A DNA stretch of 62,641 nt, filler included, from Chiloscyllium plagiosum (lineage: Eukaryota), in assembly GCF_004010195.1 (NCBI RefSeq). It is 4 parts of one record of this genome, joined end to end, with 100 filler letters (N's around TTAATTAATTAA, not from the genome) between each part and the next. Parts side by side here need not be neighbours in the genome. Positions count along the whole stretch, not along the records: positions 17,834 to 37,937 come from NC_057713.1; 3 more parts are not named here. One strand, given 5' to 3'. Position numbers and translations under genes: made by a program. Positions 25,908 to 36,878 of this stretch are shown here, piece by piece. Under the pieces are notes generated by a model. The model did not search any database. It worked only from the letters and a program-made list of their open reading frames with translations, and was not told the DNA's origin. Within the stretch, counting starts at the first letter, position 1. Each line of letters starts with the position of its first letter.

Positions 25908-27253
25908 AAGTGTTCAACCACCGGGCAATGGGGTTGGTTGGTGCGGGTGTCCTGGAGGTGTTCTCTGAAGCTTTCTGCAAGTAGGTGTCCTATTTCCCCA
26001 ATGTAGAGGAGACCGCATCGGGAGAAATGGGTACAGTAAATGACATGTGTGGAAGTGCAGGTAAAACTTTGATGGATGTGGAAGGCTCTTTTGGGACCTT
26101 GGACGGAGGTGAGGGGGAAGGTATGGCCACAGGTTTTACAATTCCTGCGGTGGCAGTGGAAAGTGCCAGGATGGGATGGTGGATTGGTGGCGGGAGTGGA
26201 CCTGACAAGAGAGTCATGGAGGGAATGGTCTTTAAGGAAAGCAGATAGGGGTGGGGAAGGAAATATATCTATGGTGGTGGGGTCCATTTGTAGATGGCGG
26301 AAATGGCAGAGGATAATGCAATGTATATAGAGGTTTGTGGGGTGGAAAGTGAGGAGCAGTAGGGAGTCTGTCCTTGTTGCAGTTGCAGGGGTGAGATTTG
26401 AGGGCAGAAGTGCAAGAGGTGCAAGAGGTGGATGAGATGCGTTGGAGGGCATCATCAACCAAGTGGGAGGAGAAATTGCAGTCCCCTACCGCCACAGGAA
26501 TTGCAAAACATGTGCCCACACCTCCTCCCTCACCTCCATCCAAGGCCCTAAAGGAGCCTTCCACATCTGTCAGAGTTTTACATGCACTTCCACACATGTC
26601 ATTTACTGTATCCGTTGCTCCCGATGCGGTCTCCTCTATATTGGGGAGACAGGACGCCGACAGGCAGAACAGTTCAGAGAACATCTCCGGAACACCCACA
26701 CCAAACAACTTCACCACCCAGTGGCCGAACACTTCGACTCCCCCACCACCACCCCCCACTCCACCAAGGACATGCAGTTCCTGGCCTCCTCCATCTCCAA
26801 ACCCTAATTACCTGACACCTGGAGGAAGAACACCTCATCTTCTGCCTTGGGACCCTCCAACCATATGCGATCAATGTGGATTTCAACTGTTTCCTCAATT
26901 CCCCTCTCCCCCACCTTATCCCAGATCCAACCTGCCAACTTGGCACCATCCTCATGGCCTATCCTGCCTTCCCATCTATCTTCCTTCCCACCTATCAGCT
27001 CCACCCTCCTCTCTGACCTATCACCATTATCCCCACCTTCATCTACTTATTGCATTCTCAACTACCTTCCCCCCAGCCCCATTCCCCTCCCATTTATCTC
27101 ACCACCCTCTTGGCTCACAGCCTCATTCCTGATGAAGAGCTCTTGCCTGAAACGTCTATTCTCCTGCTCCCTGGATGCTGCCTGACCTGCTGTGCTTTTC
27201 CAGCACTACACTCTCGACTCTGATCTCCAGCATCTGCAGTCCTCTCTTTCTCC
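25908..27253 (+). mobile_element. Penelope-like element, GIY-YIG region with a large 5' inverted duplication and a family A terminal repeat
   Basis: The plus strand reads FTCTSTHVIYCIRCSRCGLLYIGETGRR...FREH (26442-26807). A homologous copy lies on the minus strand at about 25908-26480. The terminal motif CTGATGA...GAAACGTC is at 27129-27156. Confidence 0.9.
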
Positions 27254-27454
27254 TGATAGCAACTTCAGCCTCCTCAGAACAAATTTTCACTTGCACTGAA
27301 TTTGGCAAGTTAGTGTTGATGAAGCACTCAATCATGTGATCAGTCTGCACTCCCATCCTACATGCTAACAAATACGGTTTAATAACATACAGCTTAATGA
27401 TTCAGACCCAACTTATAACTGCCACTTTCAATTGATTGACAGTTAACTGCCACT

Positions 27455-28409
27455 TCCCAAAGCCTCCTCCTCTACCATATCTGCTCCCAGGAGGAGCAAT
27501 TCCACTCCAGGACATCCCAGGTGACCTCTTGCTTTAAGGACCACAATTTCCCCTCCAATGTGATCCATGCCTTCCAGTGCATCTCCTCCACTTCCCACAT
27601 CTCCACCTTTGAATCCCACCCCTTCAACCACAACAAGGATAGAAACCCCTCATCTTCACCTTCCACCCCACTAAGCTCCTGATACAGCGCATTATTTCCT
27701 GCCATTTCTGCCATCTACAATCAGGCCCCACCACCAGAAATATATTTCCCTTCCCACCCCTGGCAGCATTCCGCAAAGACCACTACCTCCGTGACTCCCT
27801 TATTAGGTCCACACCCCTCACTAACCCATCCGCCACTCCCGGCACCTTCCCTTAATGCTGCAAGAGGTGTAAAACCTGCACCCACACCTCCTCCCCCCCT
27901 CACCTCTGACCAAGGCACCAAAAGATCCTTCCACATCCAGCAGAGATTTTCCTGCACATCCAAACACCATCTACTGTCTCCGTTGCTCTCGATGTGGTCT
28001 CTTCTACACTGGGGACACAAGGCACTAACCCATGGAACATTTCAGGGAACATCTCTGGGACACATGTTCTAATCAATCCCACCGTCCCATGGCTGACCAC
28101 TTCAACTCCCCCTCCCACTCCGCCAAGGACATGCAAGTCCTGAGCCTACTCCACCACCAAATCCAAGCCATCTGACGCCTGGAAGAAGAACACCTCATCT
28201 TCCGCTTCGGGACCCTCCAACCACATGGCATCAATGTCAATTTCACCAGTTTCCTCATCACCCGTCCCTCCATCTCATCCTAGATCCAAACCTGCAACTC
28301 AGCACCGCCCTCTTGAACTTGATGAAGGGCTTTTGCCCAAAAACTCGATTCCCCTGTTCTTTGGATGATGCCTGAACTGCTGTGCTTTTCCAGCACCACA
28401 TTTTTAACT
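27455..28409 (+). mobile_element. 5'-truncated Penelope-like element (RT C-terminus, GIY-YIG remnant and family A terminal repeat)
   Basis: Homologous to 25908-27253. It ends ttgatgaagggcttttgcccaaaa...ttttccagcaccaca. TSD agttaactgccact at 27441-27454 and 28410-28423. Confidence 0.85.
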
Positions 28410-28790
28410 AGTTAACTGCCACTGCCAGGAAGTTTCTGTTAACTGGGTACCTTCAATAATGTGCAACCTGCTTTATTTTTAAAATTAAATCAATTGGCTG
28501 TTAATGTAAATATCAACCTGAGAATACAAACCAATAAATTTCTACCTGCACCAAATTGCTGACTTCAGCAGTTTATTAACAAAACCCTCTGCTGAGTGAT
28601 CTCTCTGTGTTATCCACTCTGTATCTCTCCATCCACTCTCTCTGCACCATGAACTGGTATCAGGTGGAGGACATAGCAACTAGCATTGCTGCTGCTTTCT
28701 TCCCCCATTGGTGTGTGCCTGTATTGGTGTTGCTGCCGCCTCTTTCTCTTTGCCTGACGCATCAGGTAGAGCTGACTAAGCTGTTCTCAT

Positions 28791-29023
28791 GAGATGGAAA
28801 TGTGTTGCTGGAAAAGCGCAGCAGGTCAGGCAGCATCTAGGGAACAGGAGAATCGACGTTTCGGGCATTAGCCCTTCTTCAGGCATTAGCCTTCTTCCTG
28901 AAGAAGGGCTAATGCCCGAAACGTCGATTCTCCTGTTCCCTAGATGCTGCCTGACCTGCTGCGCTTTTCCAGCAACACATTTCCATCTCTGATCTCCAGC
29001 ATCTGCAGACCTCACTTTCTCCT
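28791..29023 (+). mobile_element. Young, perfect palindromic PLE terminal-repeat mini-element, family A, with two hammerhead motifs
   Basis: Identical 93-bp inverted arms at 28791-28883 and 28897-28989, a 13-nt spacer and a 34-nt unpaired tail. TSD ctaagctgttctcatg at 28776-28791 and 29024-29039. Confidence 0.9.
28895..28928 (+). ncRNA. Minimal type I hammerhead ribozyme motif (mirrored on the minus strand at about 28852-28885)
   Basis: CUGAAGA-A-[GGGC-UAAU-GCCC]-GAAAC-GUC: intact core boxes, a 4-bp stem II, a palindromic ACGU stem III and a GUC cleavage triplet. Stem I is very short, as is typical of PLE minimal hammerheads. Activity is not demonstrated. Confidence 0.65.
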
Positions 29024-29599
29024 CTAAGCTGTTCTCATGCCAAAGTTAGATCATCTTCAGTGGTACAGTAACAGAATTACTAGAATTTCCCTCTGCACAT
29101 TGAACTTGAGCAAGTCAAAATCAAGTCAGGACTTCTGCTCATCACTATCCAATGCCTCCACTGGAAATGCATATGGATTGCATTCAGTGACAACAGATCT
29201 TCTTCTTATACAGTCCCTCAGGGCCAACAATGGCTCACATCCATTCTGACTCGATGCATTCTGAAGATATTGCAGTGCTTTGAGGTGTTTGCTGTGGTTG
29301 TTCAATTCTCCAAAGAATATGGATCTGTGGAGTCAGTGCTGCCAGCTAAACTTTAACTTGAGTTTCATATTTGAGATCTGGTCTTCAAATGCTGTTTTAC
29401 TTAGTGCCCTGTAGGCTGAGCTGGCACATTGGATTTTGCCATCTACATCTTCTCCCAAGATATGAAAGATTATTCACAATTTCCAGGATTTTGCCTGGTG
29501 GTGATGCTTCCGTAGTCAAGGAAAAGACTCACTTACTATCAAGGCACACATTTGGAAAACTTAAATAAAATGGAACAGGAACCGAGATTGTAGTTCAAG

Positions 29600-30632
29600 T
29601 AGATGAGAGAATGAAGAGTAGTGAAGTCAGATCTAAGATTTCAGGGTCGCAAGAAGGCACCGGCAGCCAAGACGGTGGTTTGAAGTGTGCCTACTTCAAC
29701 ACCAGTGGCATCCAGAACAAGGTGAGTGAACTTGCATCATGGGTGGGTACCTGGGATTTTGAAGTTGGCGCTATTTCAGAGACATGGTTACAGCAGGGAC
29801 AGGAATGGTTATTGCAGGTTCCAGGATTAAGATGTTTCCATAAGAACAGAGAAAATGGTAAAAGAGGGGGTGGCGTGGCACTGTTAGTCATGCACAGTCA
29901 AGATTGCAAAAAGGACATTTGAGGATTCCTCTACTGAGGTAGTATGGGCTGAGGTTAGAAACAGAAAGGAGAGGTTACCGTGTTGGGAGTTTACTATAGG
30001 CCTCCAAATAGTTCCATAAATGTAGAGGAAAGGATAGCAAAGATGATCCTCGGTAGGAGCGAGAGTGACAAGGTAGTTATTATGGGGGCTTTAACTTTCC
30101 AAATATTGACTGGAAAAACTATTGTTCAAATACTTTAGATCGATCAGTTTTTGTCCAATGTGTGCAGGAAGGTTTCCTGACACAGGATGTAGACAGGCCA
30201 ACAAGGGGCAAGGGCACACTAGACTTGGTACTGGAGAATGAATCCAGCCAGATGTTTGGTTTGGAGGTCGGTGAGCACTTCGGTGATAATGACCACAATT
30301 CGGTTATGTTTAGGGTATTCCAGAAGGTTAGATAGGTTGGACAGTGAGAGCCTTTTCTTTGGATGGTGATGGTTAGCATGAGGGGTCATAGCTTTAAATT
30401 GCAGGGTGATAGATATCGGACAGATGTCAGAGGTAGTTTCTTTACTCAGAGAGTAGTAGGGGCGTGGAACACACTGCCTGCAACAGTAGTAGACTCACCA
30501 GCTTAAAGGGTATTTAAATGGTCATTAGATAGGCATATGGACGAGAATGGAATAGTATAGGTTAGATGGGCTTCAGTTTGGTTTCGCAGGTTGATGCAAC
30601 ATCAAGAGCCAACGGGCCTATACTGCACTATA
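29600..30632 (+). mobile_element. CR1 LINE with the endonuclease joined directly to the 3' end (RT deleted)
   Basis: LKCAYFN...ISETWL...KRGGGVALLV, YYRPP, LDLVL and EHFGDNDHNS are followed at about 30315 directly by the ORF2 C-terminus (RGHSFKL, FFTQRVVGAWN) and the tail. Confidence 0.8.
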
Positions 30633-32129
30633 AGAGAGTGCGCACATTGTGATTGATTTTGGATTAAAAAGACAGGCATATGCATAACGGACTGAATGCT
30701 GTAAATGCCAATGATTTTATGCTAATTTGATCAAGATTAAACTCTTTCTGATATGTAATATTCTTATAATAGTTCCACTAATTTTACTCTGTATAAAGAT
30801 TGGATGGATAAGTGTTGTATCTGTGCAAAATATACACTGGCACATTAGTGTGTCATTATCATATGAAAGCTTAAAATAATTTATCCAATTAATTCATTTA
30901 CTTTAATTTGACTAAGTTCTTTAAAACAGCAGATACTAAATTATTACAAGTAAACTCAATGATGATACATGTCCGTCATTGTTTTCCTGATATCTAGTAT
31001 AATTTCAGTAGAAGTGCCACAGAAACACAAAAAGAACATTGCTGTGGGCGCCTTTTAAAAATATCTTTTGAATTCACTAATTCTACCTCAGGTGGCTAAC
31101 TGCAGCTGCCAGTACAGTTCTTCTTTGCTGTGTTCTCTCAAAGTCAGAGACCAACATTTCACACAGTATTCCACTTGTGGCCAAGTCAGTACTCTGTGTA
31201 AACACGCAATCAATGTTTTCCAACCTAATGAGCCAAATTCCTATGTGGCACTGTCTCAGGAGCATTGTATAATCTAAACAAACAGTGTCTAGTTTTCCAT
31301 GTCCACAAGTTTTATTGGTTTGGAACTTATTCAGAGTCAGTCCACTACTCTAGAGTAGCATGGCAAGATACAATGGAAATGCTGTTTAGAAGTGCCAAAA
31401 GGTTCTGCCCAAATAATGGTGACAGAGTGGGATCCATACTGACAAAAACTATCTCCTCAAGAGTTACCACATGCAATCTCCCTCTCATGAGCTTTCTCCC
31501 CCCATATTTTGTACTGCTTCAAGTGGTTAACCATTCATTTGTGCAGGTTTTTTTCCCACAACCTCCAGACAACTTAACTATGGCACATGACCACCTTGCC
31601 CTGTTATCAGCTGGTTAGGGTATATGGGTTAGGGTATCCTGCATCTTCCTCTAATGTAGGTAAGACATATAAAGCTATTTCCTCATGTATTTGTGAAGTG
31701 CTATAATGTTCTGAGTGCCTGAAGAAAGTAAACATTCAAATTTCAGTTGGAACTTCCCAAAAGATTTTTTTTTAAATTGGAAGTCAGCAAACTCAAGATT
31801 TATGAAAATAGCTCTCAGCAGCAAAACAATCTAACAAGCTTATAAAGAAAGCTTTATCAGTGATGAAAAATGGGATACGTTACAATTATGTGGCTATAAC
31901 TGTAATGTAACATGAATTGTATTTCAAATCATCATTATCTGAGCTCTGAAACAAAAGCAGAAAGTACAGGAAAAACTCAGCAGGTCGAGTAATGTCTGTG
32001 GGGAGAAAAAGGGAGTTAACTCACTATAGTCTCTCCACGTGTTTATGGGGTCACACTGACTTAATTTTTTCATGGTTGTTCCACCTTTTCTACTGGTCAA
32101 CTCTATCTTTTTGGCTGTTTACTGCCATC

Positions 32130-32450
32130 TAATAGAATCATAGAATCCCTACAATGTGGAAGCAGGCCATTTGGCACATCAGGTTCCCTCTGACCCTCCA
32201 AACAGACGCACCTCCTACCTTATCCCTGCATTTCCCATGGCTAACCCACCTAGCCTGCACATCTTTGGATGTCATGAGCAATTAATCGTGACCAATCCAC
32301 CTAATCCATATATCTTTGGACTGTGGGAGGAAACTGGAGCACCCAGAGGAAACCAGAGCAGACACGGGAAGAATGTACAAATATCACACAGTTGCCCAAA
32401 GATGGAATCGAACCTGGTGCTGTGAGGCAGCAGTGCCACAGTGCTGCCCA
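32130..32450 (-). mobile_element. HE1-like tRNA-derived SINE
   Basis: Reverse-complement match to the 32922-33243 core (gtttcctcccacagtccaaa) with a LINE-type tail. Confidence 0.8.
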
Positions 32451-32497
32451 ATCTGACTAAGATCTATCTTAATCTCCAATCTACTGTACATATTTTA

Positions 32498-32665
32498 TGA
32501 TTTGGAGATGCCGGTGTTGGACTGGGGTGTACAAAGTTAAAAATCCCACAACACCGGGTTATAGTCCTTTCGGAGCGATCTGATGAAGGAGCGTCGCTCC
32601 AAAAGCTAGTGTGCTTCCAACTAAACCTGTTGGACTATAACCTGGTGTTGTGTGATTTTTAACTT
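32498..32665. mobile_element. Palindromic PLE-type terminal-repeat mini-element, family B
   Basis: TSD tgtacatatttta at 32485-32497 and 32666-32678. The plus strand has CTGATGA-a-ggagc-gtc-gctcc-aAAAGCTA-gtg at about 32580-32612. Confidence 0.8.
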
Positions 32666-32921
32666 TGTACATATTTTAAGGATGCAATTGTATGAGCATT
32701 AACAAACAGCAACTATTGGTGAGAAAGGCCTTCTTGTCAGATCCTTCCTCCACACCCAAAGTCTTGATCACTCATCACTCAGTCCTTCAGATGGCCACAG
32801 TAGGGAAGAAACTATTGTCCACCTCCTTCTGCAATGTGCCTCACTAAGCTGACCTTGAAGGGGATAAAACAGTTTCTATTGAACTACATCCCACATTGCT
32901 CCATGATGTTCCCATAAGATA

Positions 32922-33243
32922 CGGTGCACGGTGGCACAGTGGTTACCACTGCTGCCTCACAGCACCAGAGACCCAGGTTCAATTCCCGCCTCAGGCGATT
33001 GACTGTGTGGAGTTTGCACATTCTCCCCGTGTCTGCGTGAGTTTCCTCCAGGTGCTCCGGTTTCCTCCCACAGTCCAAAAATGTGCAGGTCAGGTGAATT
33101 GGCCATGCTAAATTGCCTGTAGTGTTAGATGAAGGGGTAAACATAGGGGAATAGGTCTGGGTGGGTTGCGCTTCGGCGGGTCGGTGTGGACTTGTTGGGC
33201 CAAAGGGCCCGTTTCCACACTGTAAGTAATCTAATCTAATCTA
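32922..33243 (+). mobile_element. Full-length HE1-like (V-SINE type) tRNA-derived SINE
   Basis: A box tggcacagtgg at 32932-32942 and B box ggttcaattcc at 32976-32986. Conserved core gtggagtttgcacattctccccgtgtctgcgtg. A CR1-like 3' end and a (ctaat)n tail. Confidence 0.9.
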
Positions 33244-33244
33244 A

Positions 33245-34410
33245 ATGACACAGGAGCAGAATTGGGCCATCCAGCTGATCGTATCTGCTCTACCATTCAA
33301 TGAAATCATAGCTGATCTGACAATCCTCAACTCCACTCTCCTGCCTTTCCCCATTACCATAGATTCCCTTTAAAAAAAACTGTCTATCTCGGTCTTGAAT
33401 ATACTTAATGACCTAGCTTTAACAGTCCTCTTTGTGAACTGCTCTGATAGAATAAATTCCTCTTCATCTCTGTCTTAAATATGTGATCCCTTATTCTGAA
33501 ATTGTGCCCTGTAGACTCTCCCACAAAGGGAACAACCTTTCTGCACCTACTCTGTCAATAGAATTTGATCAGGTCCTCTCCTATTTTTCCATATTCCAAA
33601 GAGTACAGTCCAGATCTGCTCCACCTCTCCTCAGAAGACAGTGCTTGGTATCAGTCTAGTAAACCTTCTCTGAACTGCCTCCCATGCTTTAGATAAGAGG
33701 CTCAAAACTGTTCACAGTATTCTAGCTGTGGTCTGACTAGTGTCTTCTTTACTTTTAGCAAAACCATTGTACTTTTATATTCCATTTCCTTTGTAATAAA
33801 GGCCAACATTTCACTTGCCTTCCCTATTATCTGCTGAACTGGATGTTATCGTTTTGTTATTCATGTGACACGGTGGCTCAGTGGTTAGGACTGCTGTCTC
33901 ACGGTGCCAGGAGTCCAGGTTTGTTTCCAGCCTCAGGTTACTGTCTGTGTGGGTTTCCTCTGGGTGCTCCGGTTTCCTCCCACAGTCCAAAGGTGTGCAG
34001 GTCAGGTGAATTGGCCATGCTACATTGCCCGTCGTGTTAGGTGCATCATTCAGAGGGAAATAGGTCTGGGTAGGTTACTCTTTGGAGGGTCAGTGTGGAC
34101 TTGTTGGGCCGAAGGGCTTGTTTGCACACTGTAGGGGAATCTAAATGCTGTGTCTTTTTGTTGTCTTCCTCCATTTTAAATAATATTCCGCTCTTTTATT
34201 TTTCCTCTCCAAGTACATAACCTCACATTTCCCCACATTATAGTCCCTCTGCCATGTTTTGTCAAAACACTGTCATATATTCCTTTTCAGACTTTTCGTG
34301 TCATCTACGCCATTTGCATTCCCACCTACCTCTGTGTCATCTGCAAACTTGACTATGGAATGTACTATTCACTTCCTCATCCAAGTCATCAACATATACT
34401 GTAAATGAAG
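33245..34410 (-). mobile_element. Old CR1-clade LINE 3' portion, interrupted by a SINE
   Basis: Decayed motifs KFADDT (about 34335-34350) and LVRPQLEYCEQF (about 33705-33740), with a 3' tail near 33250. Confidence 0.65.
33866..34145 (+). mobile_element. HE1-like SINE
   Basis: A box tggctcagtgg. The core and tail are homologous to 32922-33243. Confidence 0.85.
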
Positions 34411-36190
34411 GAACCTATGCACTTCCCAATTTGTCAAACCAAGACAAATACTGCCTGCCTCTGAACAACCATCAGATCAGTGAAATACACTTTTTTCTGT
34501 TGAAACTTCCTGTTTTCTAGTGACAAAAAAGTTGCTCATGACTATGTTACAGGCATATTCCTGAATTACTTCCTGAGGGAACAGTATAAAGTTTGCAGCA
34601 GTCATTGCAAAAGCTCAATGAGAAAGGACACTGCCTAAGTTGATCTGCCATTGTATATGGACAGGTTGGAAACTAAAACATTTTGGTAGTAACTTTGTTA
34701 TGGAATGTATATTACGTACTGTAGTGAACTACATTGCACTTTCAATGACATCCAATTTGAACAATGTATTTTATTCACTTTTAGGGAATAAATTATAATC
34801 TTTGGAAAAATAATGCTGTGATGGTTCTACTGTTTCTGAACCTAATGAAATGATTCCAGCTGATGGCAATCCTGGACATTTCAGATCCCAGCGATCATAA
34901 AGTTAATTTTTTGCAGTTGGTTACTGTGGTAACAACTCACTGAACGTACTCACACAAGGATGCCAATTTTCTTCAGCAAATGAACTCACGTTTATTACAC
35001 AAAAGACAATCAAAGCTATTTATACCTTAGAGATGTTAGAATGATGTTCGTATAAATAGCAAACAAAGTTATAAAGTGTTTTTCCAACAATATCTGGCTA
35101 ATTACATAAGGCAGGATCATATCTGTTGCACTTTGTAAAGCTGCAGCTGAGACCTAGGCTTGGAATGGAGAACAAATATCACTGAGTGTGTAATCTAGAG
35201 CTCCAGATTAATTTTCGGGCAAATGGGCTGAAATTCCTCCATGGCAGCTAGTGAAATTTCAATTCAATTCATAAAAATCTGAAATATAAAGCTAGTCGCA
35301 GTACTGGTGAAAATGACAACTATCTTTAATTGTTATAAAAACATGTCTGCGGGGGTTTTCGGGACTGGGGTGGACTCGTCAGTGTATGCATCAGTGGGTA
35401 AAGTAACAGCCGCAGTTAAATAGTCTAGCTCCCGGGTAAGACCGTCCGAAACAGTTGGGCCATTAGGGGAACAAACCGGTCTGTATCCCCACTGTGGGGT
35501 AAAAGTCACAACCATTTTTGTTTTCCATTCCCGGGAGCTATCAGTGCTCGGGGGTGCCCACCCAGCGGGGGGCTTGCCTAGCGTAATTGTTTGGAGAGCC
35601 GAATAATGTGGCGACCTGTAGAGACCGTCCAGAATCGTGATCATTAATGTGGGATTTTTAAATGTTTCCCTCAATCTTGTCAGGATAATTCCCTTTTGTT
35701 CTGGTGCTTGGGCAATCACCAGGTCCAACTTTTCCTTATGCAGGGCTATGCTATCCAGCAGTAACTGACTGTGAATAGGCATGTCCCCACTGTCCCTGCA
35801 GTGCCACCAGGGCACTCCGGGACGTGCTGTCCTGAGGTGAGTCAACTTAGGTGGTCCGAAAATTCAGGTCCCCCATGTCGGATCTCCCCTGAAGGGAACC
35901 GCTTCAAAAACAGTACGTCTTTCAAAACCTGACCTTCGCGTGGCAGATCTCTGCTCTTAACAACCGGTCTAAGGCAGACGTCTGTACGGTTACACCCTCT
36001 TCATAAGAAGAGCTCCGACCTCTGTCACCCCGGGTATGTTCGGTGGTCACAACAAATATACAAACCAAAAGTCCGTCAGGTTTAAGTGCTCAGTAACATG
36101 GATCCAGGAAGTCGAATATGGTCAGCGCTCAGGTAGGTAACGTCAGGTAATCGTCAGGCAGAACTATCTGCAAAATCGGGCAAAACAGAT

Positions 36191-36480
36191 ATGCGCTCTG
36201 GCTCCGAAAGCCACGCTAGAAATTCACACACTGGGTACAAATATATATGCGCTCCGGCTCCGAAAGCCACGCTAGAAATTCATTCAGGTAAAAATATATA
36301 TATGCGCTCCGGCTCCGAAAGCCACGCTAGAGATTCAGGGAAAAAAACACATGCGCTCCGGCTCCGAAAGCCACGCTAGTGATTCAGGTAAAAAATATAT
36401 ATATGCGCTCCGGCTCCGAAAGCCACGCTAGAGGTTCAGGGGAAAAAACACATGCGCTCCGGCTCCGAAAGCCACGCTAG
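36191..36480 (-). repeat. Six-copy array of a 29-nt conserved stem-loop unit with 20-27 nt variable linkers in the retroelement leader
   Basis: atgcgctccggctccgaaagccacgctag starts at 36191 (one mismatch), 36247, 36302, 36351, 36403 and 36452. Confidence 0.95.
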
Positions 36481-36742
36481 TGATAAACACTCTGGGTACG
36501 TCAAAAGGTTAGTAAAAGCTTACCAGTCAGGACTCTGCGATGCTGCTGTCAAATTGATCAGGTTTTTTTTTTGGGTTGGTGAGGGTCGGAGAGCAGACAA
36601 GAAACTAACTGAGAGAAAATCTAACTACTGGAAGCCTTGGATTTAACAGGCGCTTCCCCACCTTTAGAAAACTTCGGCCGAAGGTTGTCTGCTCCCTGAT
36701 CCGCCAACGTTGCCAACTTGCCGTTGTCTCTTTCCCTTCCCG

Positions 36743-36756
36743 CGTCGGGGTCACCA
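36743..36756 (-). promoter_or_regulatory. Primer-binding site for tRNA-Trp
   Basis: TGGTGACCCCGACG lies 2 nt after the LTR-terminal CA. It is the same sequence as the start of the tRNA-Trp PBS of avian sarcoma/leukosis viruses (TGGTGACCCCGACGTGAT). Confidence 0.85.
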
Positions 36757-36878
36757 AATGTGAAGACGGACCCGGAGGGTCCCGTCTTTGCGTGTTCTTT
36801 TGGAAGGAGAGACTCTCACTGGCAACTATGATTAGACGCAGATAGCAGTTTATTCACAGAATCTTAACTGGTCACGGT

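Larger units (their letters stand above)
35346..36878 (-). mobile_element. 5' part of a retrovirus-like LTR element: partial 5' LTR (R/U5), PBS, leader and truncated gag-like ORF
   Basis: On the minus strand, an LTR end ...CTTCACA (36759) is followed by TT and TGGTGACCCCGACG. A splice donor TG|GTAAGC lies at 36523. The leader contains a repeat array. An ORF spans 35333-35845, with a nearby ATG-GGG (Met-Gly) at 35876 in a shifted frame. The gag identity is inferred from position only. Confidence 0.7.

Noticed and set aside
26398..27132. Proline-rich 244-aa ORF
   Set aside because: It is an alternative frame of C-rich Penelope-like sequence.
32922..33000. tRNA gene
   Set aside because: The A/B boxes continue into a SINE core and a LINE-like tail, and several similar copies occur in the window.
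36191..36480. CRISPR-like array (29-nt hairpin repeat with 20-27 nt spacers)
   Set aside because: The linkers are related to each other (2 resembles 4, 3 resembles 5), there are no cas genes, and the context is a vertebrate LTR element leader.
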